From Bacteroidia bacterium (GTDB taxonomy: Bacteria > Bacteroidota > Bacteroidia > 2-12-FULL-35-15): a stretch of DNA of 46,513 nt. The stretch covers positions 1 to 46,513 of the forward strand of contig DASRRA010000072.1 of assembly GCA_035696085.1 (NCBI GenBank), read 5' to 3'. Both the position numbers and the translations under genes were made by a program. Positions 1 through 7,941 of this stretch are shown here, piece after piece; the first letter of the stretch is position 1; the number at the start of each line of letters is the position of its first letter. The notes under the pieces are model-generated. The model did not search any database, had not been told where the DNA came from, and was given only the letters and a program-made list of their open reading frames with translations.

Positions 1-2
1 TT

Positions 3-674
3 GATGAAACACGCGAGTCGTTAAATGCATCATACAAAACATTAACAATGTTCATCAACCAACCGGTAGATGACAGCACCAAGTTTTTAACCTCACCGGT
101 TTCGAATACATCCACATCCGAAGACATTACGCGCCCGGAGTTAAAAGTATTCGCAACACAAAAAGCGATATGGGATGCCCGTCATAAATTAAACAACAGT
201 TTTTCTTTGCCTCGCTTAACCGTTGGAGGAGCATACACCTATGGTCGCCCTGGTCCTAACTTCTTAAACCAGGATCTGCGTTTCTTCGGGCAAGCAAACG
301 TAACCTTAAAATGGAACATCGCTTCTTTGTATAGCCTGAACAACGAAAAACAAACGGTTTCCATCAACAAAAAAATGATTGATGTACAACAGGAAGTATT
401 TGAGTTCAATTTAAAAAACACGATGCTTACACAAGCCTCGCAAATCAATGCGCTCAGAACCATTCTTGAAAAAGACAAACTAATCATTGAAAAGAAACAC
501 AACATACGTGTTACGGTTGCCAAACAATTGGAAAACGGAAGCATTACATCAACCGACTATTTGAGAGAATTGAATGCAGAGATGCAAGCTATTTTAAATC
601 AAAAATTACATGAAGTACGATTAATGAACGCCATCACAACTTACAACTCATCAAAAGGAATCAACAATTTTTAA
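3..674 (+). CDS. TolC-family outer membrane efflux protein, C-terminal part (5' end lies upstream of the window)
   Basis: The frame of ORF 48..674 stays open back to base 3 (DETRESLNASYKTLT-MF...), so the listed Met is internal. The sequence is a coiled-coil/barrel repeat type. The gene sits directly upstream of a HlyD-type adaptor and an MFS pump, the classic tripartite efflux order. Confidence 0.7.
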   Translation, partial: DETRESLNASYKTLTMFINQPVDDSTKFLTSPVSNTSTSEDITRPELKVFATQKAIWDARHKLNNSFSLPRLTVGGAYTYGRPGPNFLNQDLRFFGQANVTLKWNIASLYSLNNEKQTVSINKKMIDVQQEVFEFNLKNTMLTQASQINALRTILEKDKLIIEKKHNIRVTVAKQLENGSITSTDYLRELNAEMQAILNQKLHEVRLMNAITTYNSSKGINNF

Positions 675-689
675 TAATACAGCCATCAA

Positions 690-1808
690 ATGGAAACATC
701 AACACAACAAGAAAAAGAAACAATGCAAGCAAACGATACTAAAAAGAAAAAGAAGAATAAGCTTCCGATTTTTATCGGAATAGTGAGCGTGGTGCTAATC
801 GTCGGAATTATTTATTTCGTTAACGCTGCTAAATACGAAAGCACGGACAATGCACAATTGGATGCAGATATCATCTCCATCAAATCCAGTGTTTCCGGTT
901 ACGTAAAAACCATTCATTTTAAAGACAATGAACAAGTTAAAAAAGGGCAGCTGCTCATCACCATTGATGATACGGATTTAAAAACAAAATTCGCACAGGC
1001 AGAAGCAACCCTGGAAAATGCAAAAGCAAATTTGCTTGCAGCACAAAGCAACTCCGCTGCTTATAATGAAAACGCAAATGCATCCGCTTTAACATCTTCC
1101 TCTGTGGAACAGTCCATTAACACGGCAAAAGCAAGATTGACACTGTCAGAAGCTAACTTTAAACGTATTCAAAACATGTTCAATTCAAAAGCAGCTACAC
1201 AAGCACAGTTAGATGTAGCTACAGGAGATTTGGAAGTTGCAAAAGCACAGCATGAAGCAGCAGTAAATCAATTCAAATCTTCTTCTGCTGCATCACAAGG
1301 CGTGCGCTCACAGGCGGATGCACAACGTGCTCAGATTTCATTGGCACAAGCCATGGTAAAACAACGTGAAGCAGAATTGGCGCTTGCACAAACGCAATTG
1401 GATCATGCAAGAATCGTTGCTCCATGTGATGGTATTGTCACCAAACGCGCTGTTGAAGAAGGACAATACATTACCATTGCTCAACCTTTGTGTTCTGCTA
1501 TTGATAAAACACACCTTTGGGTAACTGCTAATTTTAAAGAAACACAAGTAAAGAAAATTGCACCCGGGCAAGAAGTGGAAGTAAAATTAGATGCATTCCC
1601 TGATTTAAAAATAACAGGTATTGTAGAATCCTATATCGGTGCAACCGGTGCTAAGTTCTCATTACTTCCTCCGGATAATGCAACAGGTAACTTCGTAAAA
1701 ATTGTTCAACGTGTGCCTATTCGTATTGATTTGACATCGTATCCACAAGATCGCATCAATGATTTATATCCAGGTTTAAGCGCATTTGTTGAAGTAAAAG
1801 TTAAATAA
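690..1808 (+). CDS. HlyD-family efflux adaptor (EmrA-like membrane fusion protein)
   Basis: N-terminal TM segment (LPIFIGIVSVVLIVGIIYFV). Lipoyl-like halves (GYVKTIHFKDNEQVKKGQLLITID and IVAPCDGIVTKRAVEEGQ). Long Ala/Gln-rich coiled coil. Starts 15 nt after the TolC-like gene. Confidence 0.85.
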   Translation: METSTQQEKETMQANDTKKKKKNKLPIFIGIVSVVLIVGIIYFVNAAKYESTDNAQLDADIISIKSSVSGYVKTIHFKDNEQVKKGQLLITIDDTDLKTKFAQAEATLENAKANLLAAQSNSAAYNENANASALTSSSVEQSINTAKARLTLSEANFKRIQNMFNSKAATQAQLDVATGDLEVAKAQHEAAVNQFKSSSAASQGVRSQADAQRAQISLAQAMVKQREAELALAQTQLDHARIVAPCDGIVTKRAVEEGQYITIAQPLCSAIDKTHLWVTANFKETQVKKIAPGQEVEVKLDAFPDLKITGIVESYIGATGAKFSLLPPDNATGNFVKIVQRVPIRIDLTSYPQDRINDLYPGLSAFVEVKVK

Positions 1809-1810
1809 AA

Positions 1811-3391
1811 TTGGAAACAACACTACAAACTCAAAAACCAGTCTACCCGGTTGGTGCAGAAAAATGGATCCTCATTCTTACGGCCATTTCATGCGCCATC
1901 CTGGAACTGATTGATACAACGGTTGTCAATGTTTCGCTCCGCGAAATAAGCGGAAGCATTGGTGCAACCACAACTGAAATTGCGTGGGTGATTACAGCCT
2001 ATGCTATTTCCAATGTAATTATTATTCCACTTACCAGTATGCTTTCCGACCTCTTTGGCAGGAAAACATACTTCACAGCATCTGTTATCATCTTCACTGT
2101 TGCATCACTGATGTGTGGTTTATCTACTAATTTATGGACCCTTGTTTTCTGGCGATTTGTACAAGGTATTGGAGGGGGCGGACTTTTATCAACCGGTCAG
2201 TCTATTATTGTCGGCGCTTTCCCGCCTGAAAAAATCAGTACAGCCAACGCCATTTTTGGGATGGGTATTATCATGGGCCCTACCTTTGGCCCTACTTTAG
2301 GCGGTTACATCACAGATAATTTTTCCTGGCACTGGATATTTTTTGTGAATATTCCCATTGGAGTGGTTGCAAGTATCCTGGCCTGGACTTATGTATCAGA
2401 TGTTGCAGGGGCTAAGAAACCAAAGAAAATAGATTGGTGGGGCATCATCTTCCTCGTCCTTGCAATCGGCTCCTTACAATATGTGTTGGAAGAAGGTGCT
2501 GCTGATGATTGGTTTGAAAGTACTGAAATTTTAGTGCTTTCCATTGTAGCGGCAGTTGGCCTTGTTGCGTTTATCTATCGCGAGCTCACCATCGATTATC
2601 CTGCAGTCAATATCAAACTGTATAAAAACTACAATCTTGCTATGGGAAGCATTATGAATTTTATGCTGGGGATGTTATTATTCGGAACCGTATTTATTTT
2701 CCCGCTGTTTGTACAAATTTCATTGGGTTGGACACCTACACAGACGGGTGTGTTTATGATTCCAAGTGCCCTTTGTACCGCCGTATGCATGCCTATTGTA
2801 GGAAAATTATTGGGGAATGGAAAAAATCCAAAAACAATTATCATCATCGGAATTTTCATCACCTTCGGATTTTTATTGATCATGTCTTTTTCCTCACCCG
2901 ATTCCAGTCAGAATGATTTTTATTTCCCATTCGTATTGCGCGGTGTTGGATTGGCATTCATGATGTCTCCTATTCTTTCATTAGCCGTTGCAGGTTTACG
3001 TGGCAAGGACATGGCTCAGGCTATTGGATTGGCAAATATGATTCGTCAATTGGGTGGTGCTGTTGGAATTGCCTTATTAAATGTTTTTATTTCCAACAAA
3101 AATGCGGAAGTAAGAGGCAACATGATCGCTTACATCAATGATGCTGCGAGTGCTAGCGCAGAACGTATGGCTGCATTCACACAAAATTTTATTTCAAAAG
3201 GAATGGCAGAAATTGATGCACAATCGATGGCCTATCGAATGATGGAGTTATCTGTTTTCAAACAGAGTGCACTTGTAAGCTATGACCAGGGGTTCTTTAT
3301 GGTGGGTATAGCAATCTTATTCTGTATCCCAATCGTCTTAATGATCCGATATAAAAAAGGCGGCAAAGTAGCAGTTGCCGCAGATCATTAA
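1811..3391 (+). CDS. DHA2-family (EmrB/QacA-type) MFS drug efflux transporter, about 14 TMS
   Basis: MFS motifs LSDLFGRKTYF and WRFVQGIGGGGL. Many hydrophobic segments. TTG start 2 nt after the adaptor stop, with no in-frame ATG nearby. Third gene of the efflux operon. Confidence 0.85.
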   Translation: METTLQTQKPVYPVGAEKWILILTAISCAILELIDTTVVNVSLREISGSIGATTTEIAWVITAYAISNVIIIPLTSMLSDLFGRKTYFTASVIIFTVASLMCGLSTNLWTLVFWRFVQGIGGGGLLSTGQSIIVGAFPPEKISTANAIFGMGIIMGPTFGPTLGGYITDNFSWHWIFFVNIPIGVVASILAWTYVSDVAGAKKPKKIDWWGIIFLVLAIGSLQYVLEEGAADDWFESTEILVLSIVAAVGLVAFIYRELTIDYPAVNIKLYKNYNLAMGSIMNFMLGMLLFGTVFIFPLFVQISLGWTPTQTGVFMIPSALCTAVCMPIVGKLLGNGKNPKTIIIIGIFITFGFLLIMSFSSPDSSQNDFYFPFVLRGVGLAFMMSPILSLAVAGLRGKDMAQAIGLANMIRQLGGAVGIALLNVFISNKNAEVRGNMIAYINDAASASAERMAAFTQNFISKGMAEIDAQSMAYRMMELSVFKQSALVSYDQGFFMVGIAILFCIPIVLMIRYKKGGKVAVAADH

Positions 3392-3425
3392 TAGAGATAG
3401 AGTTGTTTGTTTTTATCTCTCTCGG

Positions 3426-3455
3426 AGCGCAGCCAAGAAATTGGTTGCGCTTTTT
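3426..3455 (+). terminator. Rho-independent terminator of the efflux operon
   Basis: AGCGCAGCCAA-GAAA-TTGGTTGCGCT forms an 11-bp stem (one G-U pair) with a GAAA tetraloop. It runs into TTTTT and lies 35 nt after the MFS stop. Confidence 0.7.
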
Positions 3456-3477
3456 CTGTGCCTATCATAGCCAGGAT

Positions 3478-3511
3478 TTACTGCGTAGGCTGAAGCTTTA
3501 GCGAAGGCCTA
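3478..3511. repeat. Solitary copy of a 32-nt REP-like repeat (family also at 35875..35998)
   Basis: TTTACTGCGTAGGCTGAAGCTTTAGCGAAGGC differs at 3 of 32 positions from the units at 35931 and 35963. The similarity continues through CCTA, the TAG stop (minus strand) of the DUF4258 gene. Confidence 0.7.
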
Positions 3512-3928
3512 CTTACATTCACACGAATCCTTTTCCATATTCAAATCAATTGCCGTTACCACTTTTGAAATGGTATCACAATCGGCAATAACGATTCGCA
3601 CATGTTGACCGTCTTTCGTGTTGCCTTCTACGGCATACGTACCGCAAGGCTCATCATGAACTTTACTTTTATCGTAATTAATTTTTCCGGTTTTCAGCAC
3701 CTCTTTGATTTCTGCTTCGCTGATTCCTCTGCACTCCATGCGGCAAGCGCCGTGTTTGGTGAGCTCTAATTTCTGATAGGATAATTCTTCGAGTTTGGCT
3801 GAACCAGGCAGTTGACAACCTTTGCCCTTGTATACGAAACTGACTACAAGCATTCCCAACACAACTCCAAAACCATATAATTTAAAACGACGGATCAAAT
3901 CCGGATCTCGCTTTTTTGGTATTTCCAT
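3509..3928 (-). CDS. Membrane-anchored DUF4258-like (toxin-fold) protein
   Basis: N-terminal TM helix (FKLYGFGVVLGMLVVSFVY). It is followed by a HGACRMECRGISEAEIKEVL...GQHVRIVIA segment that matches my recollection of the DUF4258 pattern (H-x3-R-x3-RGI). Same strand as, and 47 nt downstream of, the AlaDH-like gene. Confidence 0.55.
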   Translation of the reverse strand: MEIPKKRDPDLIRRFKLYGFGVVLGMLVVSFVYKGKGCQLPGSAKLEELSYQKLELTKHGACRMECRGISEAEIKEVLKTGKINYDKSKVHDEPCGTYAVEGNTKDGQHVRIVIADCDTISKVVTAIDLNMEKDSCECK

Positions 3929-3975
3929 TATTAAATTTTCTTAGTCTTACGTCTCACATCTAATATCTCAAATCT

Positions 3976-5193
3976 CTATAACGCTGCCATTAATAAGTTG
4001 ATATCCTGGTAAGGCAACTTAAACATTTCTCCCAACACCTGGTTGGTTAACGTTCCGTTATACAAGTACACACCGTTTCGTACACCCATATCTCTGCGCA
4101 GCATATTCTCTACACCACCTTCTTCACCAATATTCAATAAGATAGGTGTAAAGATGGTACTCAATGCGAACGATGCTGTACGCGATACACGTGATGCAAT
4201 ATTTGGAACACAATAATGAATGACACCATGTTTACGAAAAACCGGATGGGAATGGTTTGTTACTTCTGATGTTTCAAAACATCCACCCTGGTCAATACTT
4301 ATATCCACAATCACCGAGTCGGTTTTCATTTCACTTACCATTTTTTCTGTCACCACACAAGGCGTACGGCCTTGCTCCCCACGAATAGCTCCAATTACGA
4401 CATCGGCCGTTTTTAGATGTTTCGCCAATACACGTGGTTGAATTACACTGGTGAAAATACGTGTACCAATATCGCTTTGCATACGACGCAATCTATAAAT
4501 AGAATTGTCAAATACTTTTACAGATGCACCCAATCCAAGTGCTGCACGTGTTGCAAACTCACCCACTGTTCCTGCACCAAGAATAACCACTTCTGTTGGT
4601 GATATTCCGGAGATCCCTCCAAGAATAGCTCCTTGTCCATTATTGACATTACTCAAATACTCTGCAGCAATAAGTATGGAAGTACTTCCGGCAATCTCTC
4701 CCATAGAACGAATAACCGTATAAATTCCATCCTGATCTTTTATCCAGTCGAATGCAATAGCCGTAATTTTTTTGGCCATCAATTGCTTGATAAAATCTTC
4801 CGGCTGAACAGTTAGCTGTAAAGAGGAAATTAGCGTCTGGCGCTGCTGCATCATACCAATCTCTTCCGGAGATGGAGGTGCTACTTTTAAAATAATATCT
4901 GCTTTATATACATCACTTGGCGAGTATACAATCTGGGCACCCGCTTCACTATAATCATGATCCTGGAAATTGGCCATTTTACCTGCGCCACTTTCAATAA
5001 TCACATGGTGACCATTATTTACAAGTAATGATACCGCATCCGGTACCAGTGCCACACGATTTTCCTGAAAAGATATTTCTTTGGGGATGCCTATAAATAA
5101 ATTGCCTTTTTTTCTCCCGATTTCAAGTGTTTCTTCCTGGGGCAATAATGCAGTTTGACTAAGTGATGCAAGTAACTGTTTGGATGTTTTCAT
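3976..5193 (-). CDS. Alanine dehydrogenase / PNT-family NAD(H)-dependent dehydrogenase
   Basis: AlaDH/PNT-like N-domain (RVALVPDAV) and Rossmann motif VVILGAGTVGEFATRAALGLGASVKVFD. The 405-aa form appears typical of Bacteroidota. Confidence 0.75.
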   Translation of the reverse strand: MKTSKQLLASLSQTALLPQEETLEIGRKKGNLFIGIPKEISFQENRVALVPDAVSLLVNNGHHVIIESGAGKMANFQDHDYSEAGAQIVYSPSDVYKADIILKVAPPSPEEIGMMQQRQTLISSLQLTVQPEDFIKQLMAKKITAIAFDWIKDQDGIYTVIRSMGEIAGSTSILIAAEYLSNVNNGQGAILGGISGISPTEVVILGAGTVGEFATRAALGLGASVKVFDNSIYRLRRMQSDIGTRIFTSVIQPRVLAKHLKTADVVIGAIRGEQGRTPCVVTEKMVSEMKTDSVIVDISIDQGGCFETSEVTNHSHPVFRKHGVIHYCVPNIASRVSRTASFALSTIFTPILLNIGEEGGVENMLRRDMGVRNGVYLYNGTLTNQVLGEMFKLPYQDINLLMAAL

Positions 5194-5221
5194 TTATTAG
5201 GTTAGAAAGAGATCATTCAGG

Positions 5222-5229
5222 CAAATTTA
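5222..5229 (-). promoter_or_regulatory. Bacteroidota -7 box (TAAATTTG on minus strand) for the AlaDH-like gene
   Basis: CAAATTTA on the plus strand is an exact TAnnTTTG on the minus strand, 28 nt upstream of the ATG at 5193. Confidence 0.4.
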
Positions 5230-5349
5230 ATAAATCTATTCTAATTTTTAACCGGAATCGACTTGCAAAATGAAAACAGCTGTAAAATAGATAGGGAGCT
5301 CAGCTTAATGAAGCAATTAGTATAACCGGAATCCCTATCTTTACGGCGA

Positions 5350-5853
5350 ATGAAGTATTTTTTATTCCTTTTCTTTTTGATCACAACCCGTTCAGTATTT
5401 TCTCAAACGGACTCCTCCCAACTTTCACCGCAGGCTGTTTATCTGGAAATAGGAGGTCCCGGAGGATATGGCTCCATGAATTATGAGTACGGAGTTTTTA
5501 ATAAAAAACGATTCACACTTGCGCTACGAGCAGGTTTAAGCACCTATCACATCCGTGATTACAGAAATCGATTGAATCCCGATTTTCAAATTCCGCTCCT
5601 ACTGGAAGCCTGGTACGGAACAACGCATAAATTGGAAGCGGGTTTTGGGCAAACCGTATCGGCTATTGTGCATGCAACTATTTCTGAAAATAAAGCGCAG
5701 CGAAAATTTGAAACCAGCAGCGTTTTTTCTATTGGCTATCGCTATCAAAAAAATGCAGGAGGTTTTCTATTTCGTGTTGCTTATACACCTGTTCTTGAAT
5801 TCAATCGTTATTTAAAAAACTGGGCCGGCATTTCTATTGGATACGTATTTTAA
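5350..5853 (+). CDS. Small exported outer-membrane beta-barrel-like protein
   Basis: Signal peptide MKYFLFLFFLITTRSVFSQ. Alternating aromatic/Gly strands. C-terminal GISIGYVF, ending in the Phe typical of OMPs. Confidence 0.6.
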   Translation: MKYFLFLFFLITTRSVFSQTDSSQLSPQAVYLEIGGPGGYGSMNYEYGVFNKKRFTLALRAGLSTYHIRDYRNRLNPDFQIPLLLEAWYGTTHKLEAGFGQTVSAIVHATISENKAQRKFETSSVFSIGYRYQKNAGGFLFRVAYTPVLEFNRYLKNWAGISIGYVF

Positions 5854-5854
5854 A

Positions 5855-6682
5855 ATGTTCATGAAAAAAAATATACTTCTTCTTTCCCTGTTAATTCTTA
5901 TTTCCTGCAGGAAAGAACGATTTGTGATTGACAACCTGAACGGGAACAGAATAATTGCATTGGGACACGCAGGTATGGGGCTCGGAAATGATTATCCCAT
6001 GAATAGCGCTGAATCCATCCTGCAATGCTTAAACATTGGAATGGATGGAACCGAATTCGATGTACAACTTACCCGGGATAGTGTGTTGGTAGCTTTTCAC
6101 GATCCCGATCTTTCCAACAGCACGACTTTAAAAGGTGTTATCAATTCCCTGAGTTGGGCCGAGGTAAAACGGGCACAGTACACACAGAAACTATATTTGA
6201 ATTACTCCATTGTTTCCCTGGAAGATCTTTTTTCCAACATCTACAACCTTCAACAGTTTAAGTTTACATTTGATTGTAAACTCTACACGGAAAACACAAA
6301 CACTACCCAGTTTTATGAATTCTACATACGAGCCATTATTCGCATTCTTCAAAAATACCAACTGGAAGACAACGCTTTTATTGAATCGCAGGACATTGCA
6401 TTTCTTCGCTTGTTTAAAAGCAAAAAAGCTGACTACAAGCTTTTTATTTATCCGGCATCCTTTGAAGAAGGCCTGTCAACTGCGAAAGCAGAGCAGCTGT
6501 TCGGAATTACCATTTCATCGAAAAATATAACCGCTGAACAAATAAAACTGGCGCATGAAAATAATCTTTGGGTAGCCATCTGGAACACACATACAGAAGC
6601 GGATAACAAAGAAGCCATACGAAAAAGCCCTGATTGTATACAAACAGATAAAGCAAAAAATTTGCTGAAACTCCTGAAATGA
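5855..6682 (+). CDS. Glycerophosphodiester phosphodiesterase (GDPD)-like lipoprotein
   Basis: GDPD-type core (GMDGTEFDVQLTRDSVLVAFHD). Lipoprotein signal MFMKKNILLLSLLILISC. I prefer ATG 5855 (or 5861) over the TTG at 5837, which would overlap the upstream gene. Confidence 0.65.
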   Translation: MFMKKNILLLSLLILISCRKERFVIDNLNGNRIIALGHAGMGLGNDYPMNSAESILQCLNIGMDGTEFDVQLTRDSVLVAFHDPDLSNSTTLKGVINSLSWAEVKRAQYTQKLYLNYSIVSLEDLFSNIYNLQQFKFTFDCKLYTENTNTTQFYEFYIRAIIRILQKYQLEDNAFIESQDIAFLRLFKSKKADYKLFIYPASFEEGLSTAKAEQLFGITISSKNITAEQIKLAHENNLWVAIWNTHTEADNKEAIRKSPDCIQTDKAKNLLKLLK

Positions 6683-6778
6683 TAATCGGAAATTATCTTT
6701 TCTGATTAGGATTTGCCAATTTTTTACAAAAAACAAGCGAGCAAACGCAATGATTCATTGTTATTGTCAAATTAAGCG

Positions 6779-6786
6779 TAAATTTG
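6779..6786 (+). promoter_or_regulatory. -7 box TAAATTTG upstream of the GT4 gene
   Basis: Exact TAnnTTTG. It overlaps the TTG at 6784 that the ORF track uses as start, which argues for the GTG at 6820 as the true start. Confidence 0.4.
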
Positions 6787-6819
6787 CAACGCTACATTTC
6801 CTCAATCCCTGCTCTTAGC

Positions 6820-7941
6820 GTGAAAAAAATACTGTTTTTAGGTGATATTAATTCATCTCACTTGATAAAGTGGGCAACATCTCTGGCCGGCGAAGGCTTT
6901 GAGATTGGTATCTTCAGTCTGAATAAAAGTGTTTTTGAATGGTACAAATCTTATGAAAATATTCATGTTTTTAATGAAGTGCAACGGGATGATAATTTCT
7001 TTAAAAGCTCCGTGTTCAATAAACTGGAGTATTTGCTGTATACACATAAAGTAAAAAAAACAATCCGTGATTTCAAGCCGGATATCCTGCATGCACACTA
7101 TGCTACAAGTTATGGCCTTATCGGCAGATTATCCGGTTTCAAACCTTATATCGTTTCCGTTTGGGGATCAGACATTTTTGATTTCCCACACATTTCCATT
7201 ATCGCCAAAAAGCTCATACAACGCAACCTGCGCTACCCTGAAATGGTTATGTCTACCAGCCATGTCATGAAAAAAGAAATTTTAAAATATGTGGACCGAA
7301 AAGTAGAGATTACTCCTTTTGGCGTAGACATGAAATTATTTACACCCAAACAAGTAAAGAGGATAACCGGTGAAAATGACATTGTGATTGGGGCCATTAA
7401 ACAAATAGAAAAAAAGTATGGAACGGATGTGTTGATTGCTGCATTTAAAAAAGTGTGTACCAACAATCCGGATAAAAATTTGAAATTACTCTTAGTTGGT
7501 TCCGGCACCATGAAAGAGGAATGCCAGGAACTTGCCAGAAAGTTAGGAATAGAAGACAAGGTGATTTTTGCGGGCAAAGTAACTCCAGACAAAGTACCTG
7601 ATTATCACAACATGATTGATATCTATTGTAATATTTCTATTCTTGACAGTGAAAGCTTTGGTGTTTCTGTTGTTGAAGCGATGGCCTGTGGAAAGCCTGT
7701 TATTGTTACAAATGTAGGAGGATTACCAGAGGTTGTTAGCCATAACGAAACCGGAATTATTATCGAAAAAGAAAACCCCGATGCAGCTGCAGAAGCTATT
7801 CAGCGATTAATTGATGATGAAAAATTAGTGGAGTACCTTACCAAAAATGCCATGAAACATGTGCATCAGCAGTATAACTGGGACAATAACCTGCAACACA
7901 TCATTCAGCTGTATTCAAAGTATATTGGTGTTCCTCAATAA
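6820..7941 (+). CDS. Glycosyltransferase family 4 (GT-B, RfaB-like)
   Basis: The N-terminus VKKILFLGD is typical of GT4. The C-terminal E-x7-E region is present (SESFGVSVVEAMACGKPVIVTNVGGLPEVV). Start set at GTG 6820. Confidence 0.8.
   Translation: MKKILFLGDINSSHLIKWATSLAGEGFEIGIFSLNKSVFEWYKSYENIHVFNEVQRDDNFFKSSVFNKLEYLLYTHKVKKTIRDFKPDILHAHYATSYGLIGRLSGFKPYIVSVWGSDIFDFPHISIIAKKLIQRNLRYPEMVMSTSHVMKKEILKYVDRKVEITPFGVDMKLFTPKQVKRITGENDIVIGAIKQIEKKYGTDVLIAAFKKVCTNNPDKNLKLLLVGSGTMKEECQELARKLGIEDKVIFAGKVTPDKVPDYHNMIDIYCNISILDSESFGVSVVEAMACGKPVIVTNVGGLPEVVSHNETGIIIEKENPDAAAEAIQRLIDDEKLVEYLTKNAMKHVHQQYNWDNNLQHIIQLYSKYIGVPQ

Noticed and set aside
5837-5854. Extended N-termini given by the ORF track (TTG/GTG-initiated) for 5837, 6784, 11291, 26493, 26524 and 37732
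   Set aside because: In each case a downstream ATG or GTG gives a canonical N-terminus (signal peptide, GT4 MKI/VKK start, or receiver-domain start). It also removes overlap with the upstream gene or with a -7 box. Starts were moved accordingly.
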